Shown here: positions 1 through 8,963 of the stretch, one piece after another
How positions within the stretch are numbered: position 1 is the stretch's first letter
How the letters are laid out: each line of letters starts with the position of its first letter
NCBI GenBank assembly: GCA_036479435.1
Contig: JAZGFI010000144.1
Span: 1-45,486 of the forward strand
DNA length: 45,486 nucleotides
Reading direction: 5' to 3'
Source of the DNA: Planctomycetota bacterium
Lineage (GTDB): Bacteria > Planctomycetota > GCA-002687715 > DRQF01
The notes under the pieces: generated by a model
Told to the model about the DNA's origin: nothing
The model's database searches: none
What the model saw: the letters and a program-made list of their open reading frames with translations, nothing else
Translations under genes and position numbers: made by a program

Positions 1-33
1 ATGCGGGCAGTCCACTCGGTCCTCATCACTTAG
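1..33 (+). CDS. Probable C-terminal fragment of a group II intron reverse transcriptase/maturase (..MRAVHSVLIT*)
   Basis: Reading frame ends at TAG 31-33 just before domain V, where intron-encoded proteins normally end. Only 10 codons are visible. Confidence 0.45.
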   Translation: MRAVHSVLIT

Positions 34-124
34 CGAACCCGTCTAACGAGGAGCCGGATGCGTCAATCGCGCACGTCCGGATCTGTGGGGGGCTGGGGAG
101 AAAAATCTCCCTGGTCTACCCGAC
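1..124 (+). mobile_element. Group II intron, 3' end only (truncated by the window edge): end of the intron-encoded ORF, domain V and domain VI
   Basis: 51-83 GAGCCGGATGCG..CGC-AC-GTCCGGATC matches domain V (AGC triad at 52-54, AC bulge at 73-74). About 87-121 forms the domain VI hairpin (GGGCTGGGGAGA/TCTCCCTGGTCT) with a bulged A at 118. The intron ends ...ACCCGAC (AY terminus at 124). Confidence 0.9.
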
Positions 125-228
125 GACGATTTTCACCACCCTTTCCTCAAAGCAGATCTGTAATCGTTCCCACGCGGGAAGCTGAATGGTTAGTCTATGG
201 ACAGATCGTCGCGGTTGGGTGACGAGCG

Positions 229-972
229 GTGGACGGCATGCGACCTCTGAAAGCTTGTTTTTTCGATATTGATGACACTTTGTTTTCGACGACCCGCTTT
301 GCCGAGAAGGCGCGGCGAGCGAGTCTTGATGCCATGATTCAGATGGGATTGCAGATCTCGCCTGAAGACGGCTACAGGGAACTGACCGAGGTCATTGCCG
401 AGTTTTCAAGTAACTACAATGCGCACTACGATCGGTTCTTGAGTCGACTGCCGGCGAAAGCCTTGGAAGGCAGCAACCGCTCCTTGCTGGTTGCCGCAGC
501 GGTCATCGCCTACCACGAGACGAAGTTTCGCGAGTTGTCGGCCTACGAAGATGCGCTGGAGGCGATGCGCCTCATGAGCAGCAGCGACCTCATTCTCGGG
601 ATCATCACCTCGGGACTCAGGATCAAACAGGCCGAAAAGATCGTACGTACCGGCGTTTGGCCTTACGTCGATCCTCGGGCGATTTTCATTACCGATGAGG
701 TTGGAATCGGAAAGCCGAATCCCAAACTCTACTTGCGGGCTTGCGAATCTGTCGGGGTGCGCCCCGAGGAAGCCATGCATGTCGGCGATCACCCGGAGCA
801 CGATATTGATGCTGCCAACGCCGCGGGCATGATCTCGGTGCGTCATCGTCGCGAAGGACGGCACCTGCACCGCGAAGGTAAGACTGAACCCGATTTCGTG
901 ATCTACAATTTCCTCGACTTGATCGGTATCCTGCAAGATCAGTTCGGATTCGACTTCGACGTGGAGCTTTAG
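229..972 (+). CDS. HAD-superfamily hydrolase, subfamily IA (putative phosphatase)
   Basis: Motif I FFDIDDTL, motif II IITSG, motif III GKPNP, motif IV HVGDHPEHDI. Start may be ATG 238. Confidence 0.9.
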   Translation: MDGMRPLKACFFDIDDTLFSTTRFAEKARRASLDAMIQMGLQISPEDGYRELTEVIAEFSSNYNAHYDRFLSRLPAKALEGSNRSLLVAAAVIAYHETKFRELSAYEDALEAMRLMSSSDLILGIITSGLRIKQAEKIVRTGVWPYVDPRAIFITDEVGIGKPNPKLYLRACESVGVRPEEAMHVGDHPEHDIDAANAAGMISVRHRREGRHLHREGKTEPDFVIYNFLDLIGILQDQFGFDFDVEL

Positions 973-981
973 CGGCAGCAC

Positions 982-2943
982 ATGTGCGGAATTGCGGGAT
1001 ATCTTCAGAAGGACTCAGAGCAGCCAGCCCCGGCCTTGCCCCTGATGTTGGCGCAGCTTCGCCGGCGGGGACCCGACGATTGTGGTGAACACCGCTGGCC
1101 TCATGTCGGTTTAGCGGCCGCCCGTCTATCGATGGTGGGAGGGGCCTCCGGGCGCCAACCGCAACTCGGCGAAGGATCCCGTTCGGGCCTCGTGCTGAAT
1201 GGCGAGATCTACAACTGGCGAGATCTTGGATCTTCGTCCGCCGGATCTGACACCGCCGTCGCCAGGGAGCTTTTGGATCGCAGGGGGCGCGACGCGCTCG
1301 CTCGTTTCACCGGCGGATTTGCTTTGGCCTTCTGGAATGAGGCGAATCAGTCCCTCTTTTTGGCCCGCGACGAGTACGGGCAAAAGCCGCTTTACTATTG
1401 GGAAAACGACGGCCGCATCCTTTTTGCTAGCACGATCAGGGCCCTCATGGCGGTGGGCTTAGGGCCCGAACTCGGCGCAGAAGGTCTGAAGGATCTAGCT
1501 CAGCTTCAGTTTTTTGCTCCCGGCCGAACGCTCTTTGCGGGCGTATCACAGGTCATGCCCGGTGAGTGTCTGACCTTGAAGTTGGGAGCAAAAGGCATCC
1601 AGCGGCATTCGAGCCGTTTCAAGTATCGCGACCCCCTAAGCCACCGCGATGCAAGGCCGGACGAGATTCGCGAGTTACTCTCCGCATCCCTGAATCGACA
1701 AGGCCCTTCCGATCACCCGTCCGCGCTATTTTTGTCCGGCGGCCTAGATTCAAGCGCGCTCGCTGCGGGTTTTGCCGCATCAAGCCGCGAAGTTTCCGGC
1801 GAGTCACCCGCTCCAAAGGGACTTAATTTCGCCATGGTCGGTGCCTTCGAAGGCAATGGCGTTCCCGATGAACGACCCTTCGCCCGAATCGCCGCTCGCA
1901 ACGCAGGTTTGGAGTTGGCTGAGTTTGTGATTTCGCCCTGGGCTTGGGCCGAGTCCATGCCCCAAGTCATCGAGGCCCTCGAGATGCCTTACGCCGGGCC
2001 GGGTTCGGTGGCACAGTACTTGTTGTGCGAGCGAGCGGCGGCGCGCGGAGCGCGCATCGTCTACGGTGGCCAGGGGGGTGACGAACTCTTCGGCGGTTAC
2101 GAGCGGCTGCGGATTCTTCAGTCTTTGCTCAGCGAGTCGCGCACGGCAGCGGACAGCTCTTATGCCGCCCTGCTCGCCAGCATGACGGTGGCTTTCGAAA
2201 AGGGCGGGTTCGCCGCGGCCTATGCTGCCGCGCTCGCTCGCGGTCGTGGCTTGGCCGATCTGCCCCGCAAGAGCCCCGGTCAGCTCGGCGTCCTCGCCGC
2301 CGCCGCGGCATCCGGGCTTGACTTTGGGCGCTTCGGGTCACGAGCCCCCGGTACGGTCGCCGAGGTCGAGGCCTTCGAGTTCGAAGTGTTGTTGCCCGGC
2401 CTGCTTGCGGTGGACGACCGCTGCTCGTCCCACTTCTCGATGGAAAGCCGCCTCCCGTTTTTGGACCAACCCTTTGCTGCCGCTGTCCGCCGGATCAAGA
2501 TGCAAGACAAGAGCCCCGCGTCGAATTCGCGCTTGCTGTTTCGCGAGGCCTTTTCAGAGTGGTTGCCGAAAGCGATTCGCGATCGTCGAGACAAATGCGG
2601 ATTCGCCGTACCCTTGGCCGCGTGGTTCGAGGGGCCCCTCAAGTCTTGGGCCACCGGAATCCTAAGAGATCCTTCGGTGACGCGACGCGGTTGGTGGACG
2701 GACGAAGAAGCCGGCGCTTTGATCGCCGATCCAAAACGTCACGGGCGCATGATCTTTCACTGTTTGAGTTTGGAGTTTTGGCAGCGAGCTTTTGGCTCCA
2801 ACGCGGATTCGACGCGGCTCAGCAACGTGGCTTCGACCCGGCTCAGCAACGCGGCTACGGCTCTGCGGGACAAGCAGACTAGGCTGCCGCCAGATGGGCA
2901 AAAACAGGTTTCAGATTCCGAGCGTACGGAGAGCCAAGATTGA
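982..2943 (+). CDS. asnB: Asparagine synthetase B-like glutamine-hydrolysing amidotransferase
   Basis: N-terminal MCGIAG (Ntn Cys), RGPD, NGEIYN, ARDEYGQKPLYY, PP-loop SGGLDSS, GQGGDELFGGY, ESRLPFLD. The true substrate may not be aspartate. Confidence 0.9.
   Translation: MCGIAGYLQKDSEQPAPALPLMLAQLRRRGPDDCGEHRWPHVGLAAARLSMVGGASGRQPQLGEGSRSGLVLNGEIYNWRDLGSSSAGSDTAVARELLDRRGRDALARFTGGFALAFWNEANQSLFLARDEYGQKPLYYWENDGRILFASTIRALMAVGLGPELGAEGLKDLAQLQFFAPGRTLFAGVSQVMPGECLTLKLGAKGIQRHSSRFKYRDPLSHRDARPDEIRELLSASLNRQGPSDHPSALFLSGGLDSSALAAGFAASSREVSGESPAPKGLNFAMVGAFEGNGVPDERPFARIAARNAGLELAEFVISPWAWAESMPQVIEALEMPYAGPGSVAQYLLCERAAARGARIVYGGQGGDELFGGYERLRILQSLLSESRTAADSSYAALLASMTVAFEKGGFAAAYAAALARGRGLADLPRKSPGQLGVLAAAAASGLDFGRFGSRAPGTVAEVEAFEFEVLLPGLLAVDDRCSSHFSMESRLPFLDQPFAAAVRRIKMQDKSPASNSRLLFREAFSEWLPKAIRDRRDKCGFAVPLAAWFEGPLKSWATGILRDPSVTRRGWWTDEEAGALIADPKRHGRMIFHCLSLEFWQRAFGSNADSTRLSNVASTRLSNAATALRDKQTRLPPDGQKQVSDSERTESQD
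2799..2858 (+). repeat. Imperfect 24-bp tandem repeat (~2.5 copies) in the asnB 3' end, encoding STRLSNVA/STRLSNAA
   Basis: caacgcggattcgacgcggctcag / caacgtggcttcgacccggctcag / caacgcggctac. Confidence 0.8.
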
Positions 2944-5900
2944 TGGCCACTCGGTCAACTGCGCGATTAACTTCGCGATGGAGTTCACGCTTGAGTTTCC
3001 TGGCCTTCGTCACCGTGGCGCTCGTGCTGGGCCTCGTCGTTTTTGGCCGCAACCTCGATGCGGAGTTCGTCAACTACGACGACCCCAACGTCATCATCGA
3101 CAACGAGGTGATCGAGGGTCCAGCCTTCGGCCATTTCGCGGCCGTGTTTGGGGAGGTTCGAGATCAGGCCTACTTGCCGCTTTACTACGCGAGCTATTGG
3201 CTCGACTTCGGCTTGTTCGGCAAAGACCCCTTCGGTTTTCACCTCATCAACATCCTTTTTCATGTTCTAAACTCCGCCTTGCTGTTTCGACTCTGGCGGC
3301 GGGTCGCTCGCCAATCGCACCCGGGAATGGCCGCCTTTGCCGCCGGACTGTTCCTCGTCCATCCCGTTGTCGTCGAATCGGTCTCCTGGGCATCGAGTCG
3401 CAAAGACCTGTTGTCGATGACCTTGCTCTTGCTGGGGCTCTTGTGGTTTCAATCGAGCGTGAAGGGTCGTCGCGGCAACTGGGGATTTGGTCTCGCTGCG
3501 ATGCTCTTTTTTGCCGCGATGTTCGCGAAAGCCACGGTGCTGGTTGGGCCCATCCTCGCTTGGATGTTGCTGCGGCAGCTTCAGGCGGAAAAGGGAAAGG
3601 AATTGTTGGTTTCCAGGCCTCGTCAAGAAGGTGGCCTTGCCGCCTGGGCCTTCGTCGCCGTCGTTACGACAGCTTTCCACTTTTACGTCGCGCGGGGTCA
3701 GGGTACCGCTGATGTTGGCGTCAGTGGTTTTGGCGAGCGTGTTCTGGGAATGTTGGCGGTACTGGGCCGCTACTTGCGGCACCTGTGTTTGCCTTTCGGG
3801 CTCTCCGTCCACTACGATCACTCCTTTGGGCAGTCCTTTGGCATCGATCATGTGAACGGGATGTGTGCCCTGGTGTCGGCCCTGGTAGCTGGCATTTGGT
3901 TTTGGCGGCGCGCCGGCTGGATCGCCTTCGGGTGGCTGTGGCTTTTCGCCAGCTTGATTCCGTTCAACAACATCATGCCGCGGTTTTCGATTGCGATGGC
4001 CGATCGCTACTTGTATCTCGGCGTCGCCGGATTCAGTTTTGCGGTCTCGGCATTCCTCTGGACGCGGCTCAAACGGTGGCCTTGGCTCGCCGGCATGATC
4101 AGCCTTTTTTTCGTGCTGGGCGGCGGATACTTGGCGCGGGAGCGCACTTTGGTTTGGGCTAACAGCGAGTCACTTTGGGCAAACGCCCTTGAGAACGCGC
4201 CGCGCTCAGCTCTGCCTCCGATTCAGCTCGGCAACGCCTACGAGACGTTGGAGCCGACGGCTCCGCCTTCCAGGCGCCTAGGACTATTGGAGCGTGCGGC
4301 CGAACTCTACTCTCTCGCCGAACGTCGCTCCGGCTCCGCCGTCGAGCGCACTCAAGCGCGCATGAAGCTCGCCCCCTTGTTGGTGCGACTCGGGCGATCT
4401 TCCGAAGCCTTGACCGTCTTCGGCGAGATGAAAGGCGACTTTGACCGGGCCGAAGTGGCGCTCGACACCGAGACTCAGGAGCGATTGATTGTCAGTAGAG
4501 CCGCCGCGCATCTTTCCATCGGCCAACTCTCTAAGGCTCGCGAACAGTTGCGGACCGTCGCATCCGCGTCTCCGCATTACCTAGACGCCCTCAATTTGCT
4601 GGCGTTCGCCGACATCGTCGAGGCGAACACCCAGTTGACGATGAAGCCATCAGGCGAGGATGAGCAAAGTTCTGATCCGGCGCGCGCCCTCTTCGACCAG
4701 GGCCTTTCCAAGTACGCGGCGATTCTAAAGATCGACCCGTCTCACGAGAAAACCCGCGTTGAACAAGTTCAGGCCCTCGCGGCGGTGACCTGGCGGGGCG
4801 ACGCCCTCATCGAAGCGTCGCGCCTGGTGCGCGACCTCGTCGAGGACTTTCCAAAGAACGCCCAAGCCCGCTATCTAAAGGGGCGTCTCTACGCCGAAGT
4901 CGATCCCTTTCAGGCAGAGCGAGACTTGAAAGTGTGCATACGCCTCGACCCGCAACGCGTTGAGGCCTATCTTCTCTACGAGAGTATCTTGCGCGCGCAG
5001 GGCCGCAACAAAGAGGCGATCGCCGTCCTTGAGTTGGGGCTTCGTGCGTCTCCCGACTCTGTGCAACTGAAGCTCGCAATGTCGGAGAGCTTTTTATCCT
5101 TCGCCTACCATCATCGCAACACGAAGAACCCTGTGGATGCGCTCGCCGCTGTTGTTCGCTCGTTGCGATTCGCAGAGAACAACATCGAGTCGCGGCTGCT
5201 TCACGCCGAGTTGCTGCAGGACCGCGCATCGGACGACAACCGGAGTCCCGACGAGCGGGCCGCAGATTGGGAAGCTTGCCGCAAGGACTATGAGGCGACA
5301 CTGAAGGCGGCATCCAAGGACACTCAGGCTCGGGCGCGAGCTGGTCTTGCCGCCTATCACCGCGCGCGGGGGCTCGCCTTGCTCTACAAGGCGACCGGTC
5401 GCAACAAAGGATCGGCCGAAGAAGCGGCCGCCTACGACGACTTGGAAGTCGCGCTTCGCTACGGCGGTGACGACCCAAGTTTTGAGACGACCCGAGGCCT
5501 GCTGCATCGCTATTCAGATCGATTGGCGACCGAAACCGCAACGGCCTTGAAGGACCTAAAACTCAACGCCGCTCTTTTTTTCGCCGAGCGCGCTCTCATT
5601 TTCTCGGAGTACGACGGTGAGCGCTACGCCTTGGTAGCCAGAGTTCGCCAGGCTCGTGGCGAAGATCAGCTCGCCTTGACCAATTATGACCTGGCCTTGA
5701 AAGCCGAGCCGGAAAACTTGCGTTGCTTGTACGAAATGGCGCGACTACAGTTCGACATGGAGTTGTGGACGCAGTCGGCGAAGACCTTTCGACACTTTAT
5801 CGTGACCGCTGAAACCGAAGGTTTCGCCGAAGCCCTAAGGGCCCAACTCGATGCGGCAAAAGCCTTGTCCGAATCGGCTGACAAACTCGATCGTCAGCGA

Positions 5901-5945
5901 TCTGAGTCAAAGCGGGAGCCGAGCCAGGGTGAGGACGGCGGTTGA
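2943..5945 (+). CDS. TMTC-like GT-C membrane glycosyltransferase with C-terminal TPR repeats
   Basis: First-loop NYDDP acidic motif, FHLINILFH, LFLVHPVVVESVSWASSRKD, ADRYLY, VWANSESLW, many TM helices, then a long TPR-like helical region. ATG overlaps the asnB stop (TGATG). Confidence 0.8.
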   Translation: MATRSTARLTSRWSSRLSFLAFVTVALVLGLVVFGRNLDAEFVNYDDPNVIIDNEVIEGPAFGHFAAVFGEVRDQAYLPLYYASYWLDFGLFGKDPFGFHLINILFHVLNSALLFRLWRRVARQSHPGMAAFAAGLFLVHPVVVESVSWASSRKDLLSMTLLLLGLLWFQSSVKGRRGNWGFGLAAMLFFAAMFAKATVLVGPILAWMLLRQLQAEKGKELLVSRPRQEGGLAAWAFVAVVTTAFHFYVARGQGTADVGVSGFGERVLGMLAVLGRYLRHLCLPFGLSVHYDHSFGQSFGIDHVNGMCALVSALVAGIWFWRRAGWIAFGWLWLFASLIPFNNIMPRFSIAMADRYLYLGVAGFSFAVSAFLWTRLKRWPWLAGMISLFFVLGGGYLARERTLVWANSESLWANALENAPRSALPPIQLGNAYETLEPTAPPSRRLGLLERAAELYSLAERRSGSAVERTQARMKLAPLLVRLGRSSEALTVFGEMKGDFDRAEVALDTETQERLIVSRAAAHLSIGQLSKAREQLRTVASASPHYLDALNLLAFADIVEANTQLTMKPSGEDEQSSDPARALFDQGLSKYAAILKIDPSHEKTRVEQVQALAAVTWRGDALIEASRLVRDLVEDFPKNAQARYLKGRLYAEVDPFQAERDLKVCIRLDPQRVEAYLLYESILRAQGRNKEAIAVLELGLRASPDSVQLKLAMSESFLSFAYHHRNTKNPVDALAAVVRSLRFAENNIESRLLHAELLQDRASDDNRSPDERAADWEACRKDYEATLKAASKDTQARARAGLAAYHRARGLALLYKATGRNKGSAEEAAAYDDLEVALRYGGDDPSFETTRGLLHRYSDRLATETATALKDLKLNAALFFAERALIFSEYDGERYALVARVRQARGEDQLALTNYDLALKAEPENLRCLYEMARLQFDMELWTQSAKTFRHFIVTAETEGFAEALRAQLDAAKALSESADKLDRQRSESKREPSQGEDGG

Positions 5946-6670
5946 GTCTCGAGCGCTTTTTTGCCGAGAGCCCACTGCCGGGACCGGGCGTTGAAATCGA
6001 ACTTGGTGTGGAGGAAGCGCGCCACCTCGTTTCCGTCTACCGGGCTACGAGCGGGCGTGAAGTCACGCTTTTTGACGGCAGCGGTGTCGAGGTACGCGCG
6101 CGCGTGGTCAAAGCCGAGAAGCGTCTCGTTCGCCTGGAGGTGATCGAGTGTCTGAAAGTAGATCGGAAACCAGTCGTCGACATTGAGCTGGCGGTAGCTT
6201 TGCCCCGCGGTGGCGCGGCAGACGATGTTATCCGCCGGGCTCTCGAAGTCGGCGCGAGTCGCATCATTCCGCTCGAGACCGAGCGATCGGTGTACCGCGC
6301 CGAACGCAAAGACGAGGCGAAACGTCGCGAGCGATTCCGACGGATCGCGATTGCGTCGATGAAATTGAGTGGGCGTAATTCGATGCCCCTGCTCTTGGGT
6401 CACAGGTCGCTCGCCGAGCTCGCGTTGCCAACCGGTACTCTGGGGTTTTTGGGGTCAACAGATCCCGACGCTCCCTTCCTTTCAAAGATCGATCTGTCCG
6501 CGGAAAGCGCGCCGTGTTTTCGACTCGTCATTGGTCCTGAGGGTGGCTTCAGCCAAGATGAAATTGCCGCGCTGCGGTCATTCGGCTACCGCGACCTGAG
6601 TTTTGGGCCGATGGTCTTGCGCGTGCAAACCGCAGTGGTCTTGGGCCTCGGTATCTTGGCGATGCGTTAA
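5942..6670 (+). CDS. rsmE: 16S rRNA m3U1498 methyltransferase RsmE
   Basis: EARHLVSVYR, VTLFDGSG, EVGASRIIPLETERS, IGPEGGFS..E, GPMVLRVQTA (SPOUT). TTGA overlap with the upstream gene. Confidence 0.92.
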   Translation: MSLERFFAESPLPGPGVEIELGVEEARHLVSVYRATSGREVTLFDGSGVEVRARVVKAEKRLVRLEVIECLKVDRKPVVDIELAVALPRGGAADDVIRRALEVGASRIIPLETERSVYRAERKDEAKRRERFRRIAIASMKLSGRNSMPLLLGHRSLAELALPTGTLGFLGSTDPDAPFLSKIDLSAESAPCFRLVIGPEGGFSQDEIAALRSFGYRDLSFGPMVLRVQTAVVLGLGILAMR

Positions 6671-6694
6671 GAGTTTTCTGCGAGGAGTTATCGA

Positions 6695-8653
6695 GTGGCG
6701 ATTCGTTTTTCGATCGAGTCCGGCGATGTGACACGGACTTACGAGTTGCGTCGCAGCGTGGTGACTTTCGGTCGATCCGGGTCGAGCATGGTACCCATTG
6801 AAGACCCTGCGCTGTCGCGGACCCACTGCCAATTCGAGGTCGAGGAGGGCGTTTGCTACGTCCGTGATCTGAATTCCAGGAATGGTACCTACCTGCAAGG
6901 AGAGCGCATCAGCCGCGTCGCCATTAAGTCTGGTGACGTCGTGGTCATCGGCAACGCGCGTATTACTTTTCACGGCGAAGCCGAAGGTGGCTTGCCGACG
7001 GATGGTGCCAAGACCGCGCAGTGGACAGCAAAACTCTTCGCTACCCGTGAGGTCGCCAGCGTAGGAGCGACGACAGACGTCGATGCCCGGCGCTTGCGTC
7101 GCTTATTGAAAGTCGTCAAGAGCATCTCGCAAGAACTTGAACCCGAAAGAGTGCTCACACGCATCTTGGATGCCGCCATCGAGTTCGTGGAGGCAGAGCG
7201 TGGCTTTTTGGTGCTGCGCGATGGGGCAGCCCTGCGGGTCCCGGTGGCGCGCAACTTTTGGAAGAAGGACATCTCGACACCGGCGCTCGAACTAAGCCGT
7301 TCGATCGCCCTGGCGGTCGTGCGTCGCGGTGAGCCTCTCGTCACCGATGATGCTAGTCACGATGCCCGTTTCGACGAGGCGGCAAGTGTCTTTGATCTTC
7401 GCATCCGGTCGGTCCTTTGTGTCCCTCTGCGTGCGGCGCGTCGAGTCATCGGCGCTATCTATCTCGACAACCGTTTCAGCCGGGGGATTTTCGGCCACGC
7501 CGAGCTAGAGGCGATGCAACTCTTCGCAGAGCAGGCGGTCTTGGCGGTAGAGAATAGCCGACATTTTGACGCGGTGCGGGAGAGCGGCGAACACTGGGAG
7601 CAAGAGGCCAAAAAAAGACGCGTCGAGCAGGAAATGCTGAAAGCGCAGCTGGCCCAGATGGAGCGTGCCGAAGGTTTGCGATTCGTTTACCCCGAACTCA
7701 TCGGACGATCAGAAGCGATGGTCGCGCTGCTTAAGATGGCGGACCGGGTGGCCGAAGTCGACTTGGCGGTCTTACTTCGCGGTGAAAGCGGGACGGGTAA
7801 GGAACTCTTGGCCCGGGCGATCCACGCCAATGGCGTTCGTCAGAAACAGAAAATGGTAACCGTCGACAGCGGTGCTTTGTCTTCAAGCGTCGGCGAGGCC
7901 GAACTCTTTGGGAACGCGCGCGGTGCTTTCACCGGTAGCCACAAGAGTCGGGCCGGGCTGTTGGAGACCGCACATCGGGGAACCCTGTTTCTCGATGGCA
8001 TCGACGACATGGATATCGACTTGCAAAAGCGTCTGCTGCGAGTCCTTGAGACCGGGGAGTTTCGGCGCATCGGCGATACCGAAACGCGCCACTTAGACGT
8101 CCGCGTGATTTCGGCCTGCCATGGAGACCTGGAAGAAGCGATGGCGGCGGGGCGGTTTCGAGAGGATCTTTACTATCGACTGAAGGGCATCGAGATCGAG
8201 GTGCCACCACTTCGCGAGCGAATCGAGGATCTTCCGGTCCTTTTGGACACCTTCCTCGCCGACACCAAAAGCCCCCGTGGTCACGCCGCCACCCACTCTG
8301 CGGCCGAGGCTAGCGAACCCGCGGCAATCAAGGTGGACGCCGCGGCCATGCGGCAACTTTGCGCCTACCGTTGGCCCGGAAACGTCCGGGAACTGAAGAA
8401 CGAAGCCGATAGGCTTCGGCTCGGCGGCCGGCGACGGATCCGCGTGGAAGACCTTTCGCCCGAAATTGCCAAGGCGAGGGCGTCGGAGTCCCCGGTGCGG
8501 CCTTTGAGAGACGAAGTTGACGAGCTGGAACTGCGGCTCATTCTCCGCGCTCTCGACGAGTGTGACGGGAATAAAACTCGCGCTGCAGAGGCTTTAGGGC
8601 TATCGCGCCTCGGCCTGCGCAAGAAAATGGCGAGGCTTGGCGTCGAAGGGTGA
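6695..8653 (+). CDS. Sigma54-interacting transcriptional regulator, FHA-GAF-AAA+-Fis HTH, with a degenerate Walker B
   Basis: FHA (FGRS..SRTH..DLNSRNGT), GAF (AERGFLVL..RSVLCVPL..IGAIYLDNR), Walker A GESGTGKE, EAELFG..RGAFTGS, FLDGI, FREDLYYRL, WPGNVRELKN, HTH GNKTRAAEALGLSR. Confidence 0.92.
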   Translation: MAIRFSIESGDVTRTYELRRSVVTFGRSGSSMVPIEDPALSRTHCQFEVEEGVCYVRDLNSRNGTYLQGERISRVAIKSGDVVVIGNARITFHGEAEGGLPTDGAKTAQWTAKLFATREVASVGATTDVDARRLRRLLKVVKSISQELEPERVLTRILDAAIEFVEAERGFLVLRDGAALRVPVARNFWKKDISTPALELSRSIALAVVRRGEPLVTDDASHDARFDEAASVFDLRIRSVLCVPLRAARRVIGAIYLDNRFSRGIFGHAELEAMQLFAEQAVLAVENSRHFDAVRESGEHWEQEAKKRRVEQEMLKAQLAQMERAEGLRFVYPELIGRSEAMVALLKMADRVAEVDLAVLLRGESGTGKELLARAIHANGVRQKQKMVTVDSGALSSSVGEAELFGNARGAFTGSHKSRAGLLETAHRGTLFLDGIDDMDIDLQKRLLRVLETGEFRRIGDTETRHLDVRVISACHGDLEEAMAAGRFREDLYYRLKGIEIEVPPLRERIEDLPVLLDTFLADTKSPRGHAATHSAAEASEPAAIKVDAAAMRQLCAYRWPGNVRELKNEADRLRLGGRRRIRVEDLSPEIAKARASESPVRPLRDEVDELELRLILRALDECDGNKTRAAEALGLSRLGLRKKMARLGVEG

Positions 8654-8709
8654 GGGCTGGGGCTCGACCGGCCGGGCTCCCGAGGGAGATCAAGCCAAGG
8701 ATTTGGGGC

Positions 8710-8784
8710 CCACGAGTCTAAGCGCCCGGACTCGTGGTGCTGGCAACTAAGTTTACGTTTGTTGGTTAGTGGCTTTACACCAAC
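8710..8784. promoter_or_regulatory. Candidate upstream activator sites: inverted repeats CCACGAGTC-N10-GACTCGTGG (8710-8737) and GTTGGT-N12-ACCAAC (8761-8784)
   Basis: Dyad symmetries roughly 95-170 bp upstream of the expected sigma54 start site, which is the usual enhancer distance. The first could instead be an RNA hairpin. Confidence 0.35.
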
Positions 8785-8852
8785 GCTCTGGGCCACCTGT
8801 CCTAACTGCCTGTGGCAGCATCATTTGGAAACTTGAGCCTTGAGGCGCGAGA

Positions 8853-8868
8853 TGGTACGTTCTTTGCT
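8853..8868 (+). promoter_or_regulatory. Sigma54 (RpoN) -24/-12 promoter
   Basis: TGGTACG-TTCT-TTGCT has one mismatch to TGGCACG-N4-TTGCW and exact GG-N10-GC spacing. It lies in the intergenic region ~95 bp upstream of ATG 8964, next to a sigma54 activator gene. Confidence 0.8.
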
Positions 8869-8963
8869 CCGATTTCCCACATCGAGCCCAAGATCGAACG
8901 TCCACGGGCATCCGCCCGCCTCTCTCCGAGGAAAGCGTCTCGGAGATCGTCCAGGGAGTTTTC

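Noticed and set aside
982..2943. Lasso peptide cyclase (AsnB-like) cluster
   Set aside because: The glutaminase Cys is intact and no precursor, B protein or RRE gene is nearby.
8741..8830. Additional sigma54-like sites (TGGCAAC at 8741, TGGCAGC at 8813)
   Set aside because: Neither has GC at the required GG-N10-GC spacing.
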